Assembly (NCBI GenBank): GCA_029838195.1
Contig: JALGVJ010000016.1
Span: forward strand, 1 to 64,000
Origin: Promethearchaeota archaeon
GTDB lineage: Archaea > Asgardarchaeota > Lokiarchaeia > Sigyniarchaeales > SOKP01
Length of the DNA stretch: 64,000 nucleotides
Direction: 5' to 3'
Positions 1 through 10,230 of this stretch are shown here, in pieces. Made by a program: the position numbers and the translations under genes. Within the stretch, counting starts at the first letter, position 1. Each line of letters opens with the position of its first letter. The notes beneath the pieces are model-generated. The model searched no databases. It was not told where the DNA came from and saw only the letters and a list, made by a program, of their open reading frames with translations.

Positions 1-2
1 AT

Positions 3-62
3 TTCACATTGCGTGGTAGATTAGAGGAAAGAGAAAAAAGGATGGGTAGAGCACGTCAATGA
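3..62 (+). CDS. 3' end of an upstream CDS (partial, unknown)
   Basis: Open frame from the window edge, FTLRGRLEEREKRMGRARQ, ending in TGA at 60-62. Confidence 0.45.
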   Translation, partial: FTLRGRLEEREKRMGRARQ

Positions 63-102
63 ATGAAGAACCACGAAAAGATTTATAATTCTTCATTCAT
101 TT

Positions 103-675
103 GTGAAATTACCCGAGAATCCCTATATTTTAATTTTTTTATATAAATTTGATCCCGACATTAGAGATGATGAAGATGTTTTATTAAATATCGAATTTTT
201 AAAGGATAAAATAAATGAATTCCTAAATGACAAACCCTTGAATTATGAAATTCATTTAAGTTCTATTTATTCCATGATTTCTAATGAACCAGAATTTTCC
301 AAACTAATAAAAGATACAATGAACGTACATTCGAGCATTACCAGTCCTGACCAATTAAAAATAAATGAATTAGGAAAACTAGTAGAATCGGCACTTAATG
401 CAGTAGTTCAATTAAGTTCTCATTTAATGCAATTAGAACAAAGACTTGAAAATTTAGAAAAAGGGAAAAGGGGGAAAAAAGTAAAAAGAGAACTACTAGA
501 AGGAATGCCGAAACCCGAATATTCGAAAATCTCTGTTCCACCTCCTCCACATCCCCCTAATGTACCAGGAGTATCGAAAAAAAGAATACATGAGGGAAAC
601 ATCAGAATGGCAATAATGTCAGAACTTAGAGAGATGTTTGTAAAAAAAGATCTTACAAGAAAAGCAGAATCATGA
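103..675 (+). CDS. Hypothetical protein: coiled coil, polyproline tract, C-terminal WH2/VASP-like amphipathic helix
   Basis: 190-aa ORF; heptads LGKLVESALNAVVQLSSHLMQLEQRLENLE, then VPPPPHPPNVP, then NIRMAIMSELREMFVKK. Confidence 0.75.
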   Translation: MKLPENPYILIFLYKFDPDIRDDEDVLLNIEFLKDKINEFLNDKPLNYEIHLSSIYSMISNEPEFSKLIKDTMNVHSSITSPDQLKINELGKLVESALNAVVQLSSHLMQLEQRLENLEKGKRGKKVKRELLEGMPKPEYSKISVPPPPHPPNVPGVSKKRIHEGNIRMAIMSELREMFVKKDLTRKAES

Positions 676-725
676 ATTAATTATTTTATTAAGATCTTTA
701 AGATATAATACGCGTGTTTAAAAGG

Positions 726-2924
726 TTAAAAAAGATCCAAAAATTCATCGGAGGATATAGGATAATTCTCTTGAACTTTTGGAATAGTAAACGTGAACGT
801 GCTTCCTTTTCCTAACTTGCTTGTAAACGTTATAGTACCGCCATGCAGGTGCACTAATCTTTTAGTTAAAGACAGTCCTAAGCCCGTTCCGGGTATGGAA
901 TTCACGAGAGGCAATTCCGCACGTTTAAAATCCTTAAATATTTTATCAAAATCTTCTTCAGCAATTCCAATTCCAGTATCTTTTACTGAAAAAATCCAAT
1001 TTTTACTGTCTTCGGAAAAAATAATCGTTATGCTCCCTTTTTCGGTAAATTTTATCGCATTACTAATTAAATTATATAAAATTTCCTTCAATTTTATGGG
1101 ATCGGCGATGATTTTATTTGTTGTTTTTAATCCCTTTGTTTTAAACTTTAAATTTTTTTTTTCAATGAGAGGTTTCACTGAAGAAACTATTTGATTAATT
1201 AATTCATTTAAATTAATAATTTTAGGTTTTAATTCTTCTTGACCTAGTTCGATTTTCGATATGTTCAAAATATTACTTATCATATCAAATTGATGCTTTG
1301 CAGAATTTTTAATATCATTGAGAAATTCTAATTGTTCAGGAGTTAATGGTCCATAGGTTTCTTCTAATAACAAATCTGTAAATCCGATTATGGCATTTAA
1401 GGGAGTTCTTAATTCATGAGACATTGTTGCAAGAAACTCTGTCTTGAATTGGGAAGCCTTGCTAATTTCTTCAGCATATTTTTTTTGTTGGGCTAAGGTT
1501 TCATTTAGCTTCTTGGTTCTTGCTTCCACCTCTTGTTCTAATTTTTTAGCAAAATTGCGTCGTAAGAGAGCATTTCCAATAATTTTTGAGCTGATATTTA
1601 ACAAGAATAGCTCGTCATATTTCCATTTCTTTTCTGCTTTAATCTTTTCAAATCCAATAAATCCCATTAATTTCTCATTTAATTTAATGGGAACAATGAA
1701 AATTATATTAGAATTTCGCTGTTTTATTACCTCTTTTATTGGATTTTTCTCTTGAAAAATGTTTATTTTATTTGAAATTATTAGTGCCTCTCCCTTTTTT
1801 AATTGTTCTAAGCACCAAGAAAAATTTTTAGTGGAGAAATCTTGAAAATCCTCCTTTTTTGAAACCACGCGAGAAGCACACCATTCATGCGTGTTATTCA
1901 TGCTTTTAAGATCATTGTCAAACAAGAATAAAAAGGAACGAATGGCTCCGGTATATCTTCCAATCAATTTTAAAGATCGATTAATTATTCGGTCTATATC
2001 GTTATCTTTTAGAAAATTGGACGAAATAACATGAATTAATCGTTCTAATTTAATTCTTCTCGTGATTATCTCCGTTCTTCGTACGTGCTCAGAGATGTCA
2101 TTCATTACCACCAAAATATTTACTAATGAATGACTCTCATTAAAAGATGGAATTAATTTTATATCGAGAAATTTGGTCTTATTGTTAAATCCATTGGAAA
2201 TTGTAATAACTTTTTGAAAAATCTTTTGTTCCTTAATGCATTTTAAAAACTTTTCGGGTAAATCTGTCGAATGAAAGGGCTCATCCACTAAAATGTTTAA
2301 AAAAGGAAGTCTTTCAATATTGTCAGAAAGATTTAAATATTCAATGGCTTTCTTGTTAATATTAATTATAAATCCATCTTTATCACAATTGATTAATCCA
2401 ATAGGCGTTTCTTGAAAAATGGTTTCATATTCTTGCTTGCTTTTTTTAATAAATTCGACCGAATCTTTTGTTTGAAGAAGATTCCAAAATTGAAACTGTG
2501 GAAATAGTTCTTTTATTCCTTCTAATTTATCGTTTAATTTATCAATGATTTTCTGTAATCTTTTTCTTTCAGTTATGGGTTTAAAAATCACGAGAAAAAT
2601 GTTTTTTCCTTGTTTCTCCTCATTTTTTATAGGAATTCCATATCCTTCAACATCAAGCACTCCTTTTTTTGATGTTTTGATTTGAAAATAAAAATGATTA
2701 TTCGCCTTTTCTAATTCATTAATAAAGTGAAATACATCCAAATCATCAAGTTTATTATTATTTAAACGAATGAAATGTTTAATGCTTAATTTTTTAATTT
2801 TTTTTAATTTATTTGGGAGGAATAGTTTTTTGAAATTTTCATTTGCCTCAAGAAGATTCCCATTATGATCTATTATAACAACAGGATCTGATGCGAATTT
2901 TAAAAAATGCTCCAGAGATAACAT
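726..2924 (-). CDS. PAS-PAS-GAF sensor histidine kinase
   Basis: H-box FLATMSHELRTPLNAI, N-box NLISNAIKF, G-boxes DTGIG and GTGLGL; PAS and GAF (NTHEWC) segments. Confidence 0.95.
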   Translation of the reverse strand: MLSLEHFLKFASDPVVIIDHNGNLLEANENFKKLFLPNKLKKIKKLSIKHFIRLNNNKLDDLDVFHFINELEKANNHFYFQIKTSKKGVLDVEGYGIPIKNEEKQGKNIFLVIFKPITERKRLQKIIDKLNDKLEGIKELFPQFQFWNLLQTKDSVEFIKKSKQEYETIFQETPIGLINCDKDGFIININKKAIEYLNLSDNIERLPFLNILVDEPFHSTDLPEKFLKCIKEQKIFQKVITISNGFNNKTKFLDIKLIPSFNESHSLVNILVVMNDISEHVRRTEIITRRIKLERLIHVISSNFLKDNDIDRIINRSLKLIGRYTGAIRSFLFLFDNDLKSMNNTHEWCASRVVSKKEDFQDFSTKNFSWCLEQLKKGEALIISNKINIFQEKNPIKEVIKQRNSNIIFIVPIKLNEKLMGFIGFEKIKAEKKWKYDELFLLNISSKIIGNALLRRNFAKKLEQEVEARTKKLNETLAQQKKYAEEISKASQFKTEFLATMSHELRTPLNAIIGFTDLLLEETYGPLTPEQLEFLNDIKNSAKHQFDMISNILNISKIELGQEELKPKIINLNELINQIVSSVKPLIEKKNLKFKTKGLKTTNKIIADPIKLKEILYNLISNAIKFTEKGSITIIFSEDSKNWIFSVKDTGIGIAEEDFDKIFKDFKRAELPLVNSIPGTGLGLSLTKRLVHLHGGTITFTSKLGKGSTFTFTIPKVQENYPISSDEFLDLF

Positions 2925-3308
2925 CGTTCTTCAGATATTTTAAGATATCCATTCGACAGATTAGTAGAAAAGATCCGAATCTGCTGTAAATTTTCTTATA
3001 TAATTAATAAAATTTAAGGTTTGAATATAAATTCTTAATCCTTGTTAGTCTAATTCATTCAAAAATCATTATTTTTTACTTGAAATATTTAAAGAAAAAA
3101 GTATAATTTATTTTTTTTGAAAACGAAAAAAATTAAAAAATTTTAATCAAAAGGATTTTAAAGAGATGAAAGCAAAATATCGTGATATCAAGGAATATTT
3201 TGTATTCAATATATACTAAAGCATGGTAATTTTAAAATACAATATTTTTACCGTCCTAATTAATTTTATCCGCCATTTAAATACGCATTACGTTCACTTA
3301 TTGATAAA

Positions 3309-3674
3309 TCAATTGCTCTCTCCCATGGCTTTTTTGATTTCTTCAATTAATTGATTTATCGTGAAAGGTTTGTCTAAAAAAACACATGCTCCTAGCGAAA
3401 GCGCTTCTTCTTTAGCACTATCATCAGCACTCGTAAAAATGATTTTTACAGAATTATCAATTCGTAAAATTTCTTGCGTGGCGATAATTCCGTTCTTTTT
3501 TGGTAATCGGTAATCCATTAAAATTACTTTCGGTTTTTCCGGAAGGGATTTAAATAAAGACACGGCTTCTTCCCCATCTCTCGCAATTCCGGCTATTTTA
3601 AAATTATTCAACGTGAGCACTTGCTTGTAAAAATATTGTAAGGAGGGTTCGTCTTCCACAACGAAAATGCTCAT
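3309..3674 (-). CDS. Stand-alone response regulator receiver (CheY-like)
   Basis: VVEDE, ILMD, FTSAD, KPF motifs. Confidence 0.95.
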   Translation of the reverse strand: MSIFVVEDEPSLQYFYKQVLTLNNFKIAGIARDGEEAVSLFKSLPEKPKVILMDYRLPKKNGIIATQEILRIDNSVKIIFTSADDSAKEEALSLGACVFLDKPFTINQLIEEIKKAMGESN

Positions 3675-3677
3675 TGG

Positions 3678-4808
3678 TCAATAAGCCCTCCACTCTGGGA
3701 TTAATAATATAAATTTACTTCCTTTTGAAGGATCGCCTTGGATTCTATCTTCTACCCAAATTTCGCCATCATAATTGTGCACGATGCGTCTTACAAGTGA
3801 TAACCCCAAACCTGAACTGTGAATTGTTTTTTCTTCGGAATAACCTCGCATGAATATCTTCTCTTTTCTTTCATCCTCTATGCCCATTCCATTATCAATA
3901 AATTCAATTTTAATATAGTCAGTCGCATTTTTTTTCTCTTTTGAAATATGAATCTGAATTTCCACCAAGTAATTCTTATTATGCATGACGGCATTTAATA
4001 AAATATTATCAAAAATATCCGATAAGAAATCATTGCCCCGTATCATGATGTTCTTGCTATACAATTTGACACTAATATCCAAATCACGGGAAGAAATCTG
4101 ATTTTTAAGAGAATTAATCGATCTCCTTAACACGGCACAAAGATCCATGCTTTTAAACTCGAATCGTGCTCCATTAAGGGTGGAAAATTTCATGACATTT
4201 GAGATCAAATGGGTACCTTTGAGAACTTGTTCTTTTAAGAAATTTATGTTATTGATTAATAATTCCTGGTCTCGATGTTCTTTTAATAGAGATTCATTTA
4301 CTTCAAGTCCCATTAAAATGCCTTGTAGAATATTTTTCATGTCATGGGCTAAAAGGTCCTTATAAAATTCTTCCTTCATGTAAGCTTTTCTATAAAGCGC
4401 TTCTGATTCTTTTAATTTTGATTCGAGATTCTTCCGATCGGTTATATCAATAACAATTCCCATGATTCCTTGAACGTTTCCCTTATTATCAATGGCAGGA
4501 AATTTATTTGCAAGAGCCCATCGCGTTCCTATAGGAGTTTCAAAAGGTTCTTCAATGTAAATTTTTGGCCGTTTATTATTAATCACTTCCATATCGGCTT
4601 TTATAAATTGTTCTGCTTGCTCCCTAGGAAAGAGCTCAAAATCATTTTTTCCAATAATTTCCTCTTTTGACAAATTGAACGTATCTGCAAAGAATTGATT
4701 AACCCAAACATAAATTCCATTAAGATCTTTATAGAAAGTCAGAAGTGGAATGTTTTCAAAAATGTCTTTTATTATATCTTTAATCATCATCGTGCTTTTT
4801 TTATTCAT
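3678..4808 (-). CDS. PAS sensor histidine kinase
   Basis: PAS/PAC (DITDRK), H-box LLAHDMKN, NILLNA, DNGMG, GLGL. Confidence 0.93.
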   Translation of the reverse strand: MNKKSTMMIKDIIKDIFENIPLLTFYKDLNGIYVWVNQFFADTFNLSKEEIIGKNDFELFPREQAEQFIKADMEVINNKRPKIYIEEPFETPIGTRWALANKFPAIDNKGNVQGIMGIVIDITDRKNLESKLKESEALYRKAYMKEEFYKDLLAHDMKNILQGILMGLEVNESLLKEHRDQELLINNINFLKEQVLKGTHLISNVMKFSTLNGARFEFKSMDLCAVLRRSINSLKNQISSRDLDISVKLYSKNIMIRGNDFLSDIFDNILLNAVMHNKNYLVEIQIHISKEKKNATDYIKIEFIDNGMGIEDERKEKIFMRGYSEEKTIHSSGLGLSLVRRIVHNYDGEIWVEDRIQGDPSKGSKFILLIPEWRAY

Positions 4809-5271
4809 CTAGTTATCAATTTTATAGGAAATTATGTTGTTCAAACTTGGAGCTTCTTGAGAAATAACTTAAATTACTTCATCTAATTAATAAAAATTTA
4901 AAATCCAATTATATTCCATGCAGGTAATTTTTGTAAATAGTTAGAAGTTATAAAAATAATACAAATCAAGGTTTAATAAATATTTGTCTCGTTCTTGAAA
5001 TGATATTGAAATTTTAGTAATCCTTGAATTTTTGTAGATAATCGAAAATTTTTTAAGTAAATAAAATGGCAGATTTAAGATTTTTTATTATTAACGTGTC
5101 TTTTCTAATTTTTTAAATAAAAGAAAAAAATTCTTATTCGACTTATCTTTGTAATGAGTTAAAAAAGATTTTTTATTAAAAAAGCACTCATTTAATTCTT
5201 AAAAACAATTTACAAGCATCATTATTAATAAATAAAAAATCTATTATTAGAAAGCTGGGGATTTTAAAAAA

Positions 5272-5778
5272 ATGAACGTGTCAGAAGTAATAGAAAAAAG
5301 AAAAAGTATAAGAAAATTCAAGCAAGGAGATATATTACCAGAGCATTTAAAATTAATATTAAAAGCGGCTCAATTATCGCCGTCAGCATCAAACATGCAA
5401 CCTTATCACTTCATAATTGTTAAAGACCCAGAAATCAAAAAGCAATTGGGAAAATTTGCTGCCCATCAAAGATTTATCGCAGATGCCGCAATAATTATCG
5501 TTGGATTGGGAGATTTAGAAAGAGAAAAATGGTATAAAGTGGATTTAGCCATAGCCTTTCAGCAGATGATCTTGCAGGCAACGGAATTGGGATATGGTTC
5601 TATTTGGATTGGTGCTTTCGATGAGAAAAAAATTAAAACCTTGCTAAAGATACCAGATAGATTCGAGGTCATTGCATTATTACCAATTGGCATCGCAGAT
5701 CAAGACCCCCCTGCACGACCAAGAAAATCGCAGAAAGAACTATTTTCTTTAAATGAATATGGCATTCCCTTAGGTTAA
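5272..5778 (+). CDS. Nitroreductase family protein
   Basis: RKSIRKF, SPSASNMQP, GYGSIWIG. Confidence 0.93.
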   Translation: MNVSEVIEKRKSIRKFKQGDILPEHLKLILKAAQLSPSASNMQPYHFIIVKDPEIKKQLGKFAAHQRFIADAAIIIVGLGDLEREKWYKVDLAIAFQQMILQATELGYGSIWIGAFDEKKIKTLLKIPDRFEVIALLPIGIADQDPPARPRKSQKELFSLNEYGIPLG

Positions 5779-5892
5779 GATAATGAATAAATTTTTCTTT
5801 CACTTTTCCGAATTCACTTACTATTATAATTTACCCGCTTCTTTTTTTCTAAAGAAAAGATTTAGTTATCTTTAACAGGCGGATGATTTTTC

Positions 5893-6708
5893 ATGAAAAT
5901 ACAAGTACGTCAAGTAAAATCAATCTTTACTAAGAGCATGATTCCGGGAGTAGATTTTGTCATTAATCCATTTGTAGGATGCCAACATGGATGTATCTAT
6001 TGCTATGCCGAATTCATGAAAAGATTCACGAATCATGGAGGCGACCAATGGGGAAAATTTCTTGATATTAAATTGCTTGATTTTAATCGAATAAAGCCAC
6101 ATAAATATGATGGAAAATCCTTGTTATTAAGCTCGGTCACGGATCCATATCTTCCTTTAGAATTAAAATATCAAAACACCCGAAAGATTTTAGAAAAGCT
6201 AATATGCACGACAGCAAGTATTACGATTCTCACCAAATCTAAGCTCATGGTAAGGGATATTGATTTATTTAAAAAATTTAAAAACATAGAAATAGGCATA
6301 TCCATTAGCACGTTAAATGAGAAAATCTCGAAAATAATCGAACCTATTGCTTCAAACCCCTTGGAACGCCTTAATGCTCTTAGAGAAGTTCATGAACAAG
6401 GCTTAAAAACATTTGTTTTTATTTCGCCTTTGTTCCCAGTAATTACCAATTATCAAAAAATCATAAATGAATCAAAAAAATTTACCACCTATTACATGTT
6501 TGAAAATCTTAATTTTCGCCCCCATAATATTCCTCGTATATTTAAATTTATCAAGGAACAATTTCCAGAATTATTAAAACTTTATAAACAATTTAAAAAT
6601 AATCCGGACCAGTGGGATTTAATCGAGAGAGATATCGAACGGTTTTGTCAAAGTAATGATTTGAGATTCTCGATTGAATTTCATCATGGCGGGTTTTCAA
6701 AATCTTAA
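5893..6708 (+). CDS. Radical SAM protein (SplB/DNA-repair photolyase-like)
   Basis: INPFVGCQHGCIYCYA (CxxxCxxC), SSVTDPY, ILTKS. Confidence 0.88.
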   Translation: MKIQVRQVKSIFTKSMIPGVDFVINPFVGCQHGCIYCYAEFMKRFTNHGGDQWGKFLDIKLLDFNRIKPHKYDGKSLLLSSVTDPYLPLELKYQNTRKILEKLICTTASITILTKSKLMVRDIDLFKKFKNIEIGISISTLNEKISKIIEPIASNPLERLNALREVHEQGLKTFVFISPLFPVITNYQKIINESKKFTTYYMFENLNFRPHNIPRIFKFIKEQFPELLKLYKQFKNNPDQWDLIERDIERFCQSNDLRFSIEFHHGGFSKS

Positions 6709-6985
6709 ATCATGGATATACTTTTAAAAAAAAGAAATTAGGACAATATTCCAGTTCAGAGGAATTATTTTATTTAAGGTAGAGCTTTATTTTACTCTCT
6801 AAATTTTAAATAAATTTATTCATTTTTCCCCTTTTTCTTTCCATGTAAGTCTAAAAAATAATTGAAATTAAAAGAAATATTTATTAATTAAATAATTATT
6901 AAAATTGAATAAATACAAGTTGTAGATTTAATATTTTATGAATTGACTTAAAAAAGTCATGTAAAAATAATAATGAATTGAAAAA

Positions 6986-7522
6986 ATGGAAAAAAATACT
7001 GATATCTTAGAAGATTATGACCGAATACCTTATATTTTCAGGGACTTTCTCTATAATTTCATTCAGGCTTTAAAAAAAGAATATGGAAATAATCTTTTAT
7101 CTGTTGTTCTGTATGGGTCAATAGCAAGAGGTACGTGGAACCTAAGTAGTGATTTAGATTTATTCATGATCTTTTCTAATGAAACAAAAGAAAAGAAAAA
7201 TTTAAGTAAGGATGTGTTAAAAATAATCATGGAATTCGAGAAATTTAATACTATGAATACCGGTAAGAATTTAAATTCATTTCTACCGATCCAAGACATT
7301 TCACTTAAATTAAAGGATTTAGAGAATTTTAGAACATTATTTTATGATATAGCAATGGATGGCATTCTAATTTACGATACGAATTCAATTGGAGCTACAT
7401 TTTTAGAAAAAATTAGAAATCGAATAGAAGAAAAGGGCCTTCAGCGGATCTTTATTGGGTACGATGATTTTTATTGGAAAAGAAAGGAAAATGTTAAATT
7501 TGGAGAAATTTTTGAATTATGA
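6986..7522 (+). CDS. Minimal nucleotidyltransferase (MNT antitoxin)
   Basis: LYGSIARG...SDLDL; overlaps the start of the downstream HEPN gene. Confidence 0.9.
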   Translation: MEKNTDILEDYDRIPYIFRDFLYNFIQALKKEYGNNLLSVVLYGSIARGTWNLSSDLDLFMIFSNETKEKKNLSKDVLKIIMEFEKFNTMNTGKNLNSFLPIQDISLKLKDLENFRTLFYDIAMDGILIYDTNSIGATFLEKIRNRIEEKGLQRIFIGYDDFYWKRKENVKFGEIFEL

Positions 7523-7842
7523 ATAATATACAAGTTTCTTTTGAAGCTCTAAAAAGAGGAAAACAATGGTATGGAGGAGCCATTGAAGCTTTTAAGCATA
7601 AAAGATGGAATGACGTTGTATACATGTATCAAATGGCAATAGAGCAAGCGATGAAATCAATATTAATTTTAGACGGAATTGAATATCCAAGAAGGCATGA
7701 TATGGATTATGGGAAAGATGATTTTAAGGAGGAGGCATTCTTTTATAAAGAACAAGTAAATCAGATAATTCAAGATTGTACACGATTATTAAATGATTTT
7801 CTTAGAAATTATGAACAAAATATTAATCCTGAGAAAAATTAG
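7519..7842 (+). pseudogene. HEPN-domain protein with apparent internal deletion
   Basis: HEPN N-terminal half (QMAIEQAMKSIL..GIEYPRRHD) runs straight into the terminal helix; only 107 aa and no R-x4-6-H/RY motif. Confidence 0.65.
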
Positions 7843-7959
7843 GAAGAATAAGAGCATTTAAAGAAATAATACTAAGGCTTTTCATATAAAATTCTAATTT
7901 ATGAATAATATATATGAAACCAGGGTTAGAAATTAAAAGAATAAGGTTTTTTGGGCGAG

Positions 7960-8328
7960 TTAATGAGGATAACTCTCTTTAGCTTTATTAATTATGGTTA
8001 TTAATTCTTTTACGCCAAAAGGTTTATCCATGAACAAGCAAGCTCCAATATTCAAGGCTTCTTCTTTAATACTATCATCTGCACTTGTAAATATGATTTT
8101 AATGGATTTATCTATTTGTAAAATTTCTTTAGAAGCATCCAATCCATTCTTAATAGGCATTCGGTGATCCATTAAAATTATTTTTGGTTTCTCAACAAAT
8201 GATTTAAACATGATAACTGCTTTTTCGCCGTTTTCAGCCACACCCAAGACGTCAAATCCATTCACTTCTAAGATTTGCTTATAAAAAAATTGAAGAGAAG
8301 GCTCATCTTCTACAATAAATATTTTTAT
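7960..8328 (-). CDS. Stand-alone response regulator receiver (extended upstream of the ORF-track start)
   Basis: The frame continues upstream as IKIFIVEDEPSLQFFYKQILEV, colinear with the paralog at 3309; probable ATA start at 8328 behind GAGGTGA. Confidence 0.85.
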   Translation of the reverse strand: MKIFIVEDEPSLQFFYKQILEVNGFDVLGVAENGEKAVIMFKSFVEKPKIILMDHRMPIKNGLDASKEILQIDKSIKIIFTSADDSIKEEALNIGACLFMDKPFGVKELITIINKAKESYPH

Positions 8329-8332
8329 TGTT

Positions 8333-9451
8333 TTAAATCACCTCAGGAATCAAGAGAATAAAATTACTTCCTTTAGAATAATCACCAGCGATTTTATCCT
8401 CCACCCACACTTTTCCCTTGATTTTTTCCATGATATGTTTAACCAATGAGAGCCCCAAGCCGCGGCCATTAATTTTTTTATCATCACTATATTTTCTTGA
8501 AAATATGACTTTTCTCCGGCTATTTTCGATACCGATCCCATTATCCTTGATTTGGATTTTAATATATTTTTTTTGTTTAGTGTTTACTTCGCGTGAAATT
8601 ATAATTTTAACCTCGACAATTAAATTTTTATTGTGTTTTACTGCATTATCTAAAATATTTTCGAAAACTTCTTCAATAAGTGCATTTGCCATTACGTAGA
8701 TTTTATCATCAAAAGGATTTACTTCGATGTTAATTATTCTCTCGTTATATCTATTTTTTATGTAAGAAATAGTATTTTCGAATATTTCAAGAAGTTCAAT
8801 CTTCTCAATTGAAATTTCTTGTTTTTCAAGATTAGAAAGTTTGCGAACATTAGAAATTAATCTGGCTGCACGTTCAAGTTGTTCTTTAATGATTTTAAAA
8901 TTTGACTTTAATAATGATAATTTTTCTGGATTCTCAAGATATAATTCATTTAATTGAATTCCTGAATAAATACTCTGTAAAATGTTATTAAAATCATGGG
9001 TAAGTAAATCTCTATAAAACTCTGATTCAATAAATGCTTCACGATATTTTTTTTCAGATTCTGCTATCTCTTGTTGTAATTTCTTCTTTTCCAATAAGTC
9101 TTGTACTCTTTGAATGATATCCTCAATAATAAGAGGTTTGAGATAATACCCATTAGCACCATTTTTAAATGCTTGAACCGCATTTTGAAGATTACCATAC
9201 CCCGTGATAAGAAAGTATGATGATTTTGGATATTTTAATTTTAATTCCTTAAATAGCGTCATTCCATTCATGTCAGGAAGCCTAATGTCTATAAACATTC
9301 CATCAAAATTTTCTTGGCTTGCGATATTTAAGGCTTCCTTACCGGTTCTTGCGATTTTTACCGCATATCCTTTTTCTAAGAAAATATCTCTAATTGTATC
9401 ATTAAATTGATCGTCATCATCTATTATTAATACTTTAAATATGATTAGCAT
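8333..9451 (-). CDS. Receiver-histidine kinase hybrid
   Basis: N-terminal receiver (IIDDD, FIDIRLPD, KP); H-box LLTHDFNN; HATPase_c. Confidence 0.93.
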   Translation of the reverse strand: MLIIFKVLIIDDDDQFNDTIRDIFLEKGYAVKIARTGKEALNIASQENFDGMFIDIRLPDMNGMTLFKELKLKYPKSSYFLITGYGNLQNAVQAFKNGANGYYLKPLIIEDIIQRVQDLLEKKKLQQEIAESEKKYREAFIESEFYRDLLTHDFNNILQSIYSGIQLNELYLENPEKLSLLKSNFKIIKEQLERAARLISNVRKLSNLEKQEISIEKIELLEIFENTISYIKNRYNERIINIEVNPFDDKIYVMANALIEEVFENILDNAVKHNKNLIVEVKIIISREVNTKQKKYIKIQIKDNGIGIENSRRKVIFSRKYSDDKKINGRGLGLSLVKHIMEKIKGKVWVEDKIAGDYSKGSNFILLIPEVI

Positions 9452-9471
9452 TTCCCCCCCAATCTTTTGAT

Positions 9472-10230
9472 TTAATCTGAATTTATTTTTATTTTTATCT
9501 CCTTATATTTTTTTAATAATGAAAATACGTGTTGAAAATCTATAGGCTTATAAAGGCAAGCTTCTAGCCCATTTTTAAACGCCTCTTTAATTAATTCTTG
9601 CATTTCTTCCTTATAGCCTGTTACAAAAATACCTTTTATTGAAGAGTTAATCTTTTGCATGGCAAGAAGTAGATCCAAACCGTTTAAATCAGGTAATTTT
9701 ATATCAATGAAAACAAGATCAATATTAATGGCTTTAACAATCTTTAAGGCGTCCTCCCCAGTTGCACTTGTAAATATTTTATATTTTTTTTCATGTAAAT
9801 TTTCCTTAAAAGTATGCAAAAATTCAAGATCATCATCCACTAATAAAATTTCTATCTCATTTTTTAGTTTTTCAATGATCTGAATAAGTTGTTCTATATT
9901 TAATGGTTTAAATAATACTCGGTATGCCCCCTCTTTTAATGCTTCCCCTATCCAGTCTTCTTTTTCGTTAGTAAAAGCTGTCATCATAAAAACTTTTATA
10001 AAGGGTTTTATCGATTTAATTTTTTTTAAAGTTTCAATGCCGTTTAATCGGGGCATCTTAATATCCATTAAAATTAAACCATAATTTTGAGATATTATCT
10101 GTTTAATCGCGTCAAAGCCGTCATTTACAGCTTCTACTTCGTGATTTTTTTCTTTCAAGATATCTAATAATGTATCAGTCATTCTAACATCATCATCAAC
10201 GATTAGAATCTTCATTATGGACTTATTCAC
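9472..10230 (-). CDS. Tandem double receiver-domain protein
   Basis: Two complete receivers (IVDDD..MDIKMP..KPL; LVDDD..IDIKLP..KPI). Confidence 0.93.
   Translation of the reverse strand: MNKSIMKILIVDDDVRMTDTLLDILKEKNHEVEAVNDGFDAIKQIISQNYGLILMDIKMPRLNGIETLKKIKSIKPFIKVFMMTAFTNEKEDWIGEALKEGAYRVLFKPLNIEQLIQIIEKLKNEIEILLVDDDLEFLHTFKENLHEKKYKIFTSATGEDALKIVKAINIDLVFIDIKLPDLNGLDLLLAMQKINSSIKGIFVTGYKEEMQELIKEAFKNGLEACLYKPIDFQHVFSLLKKYKEIKIKINSD

Noticed and set aside
793-1755. Antisense ORFs inside kinase genes, and similar short overlapping ORFs throughout the track
   Set aside because: They are shadows of well-supported genes on the opposite strand and carry no motifs
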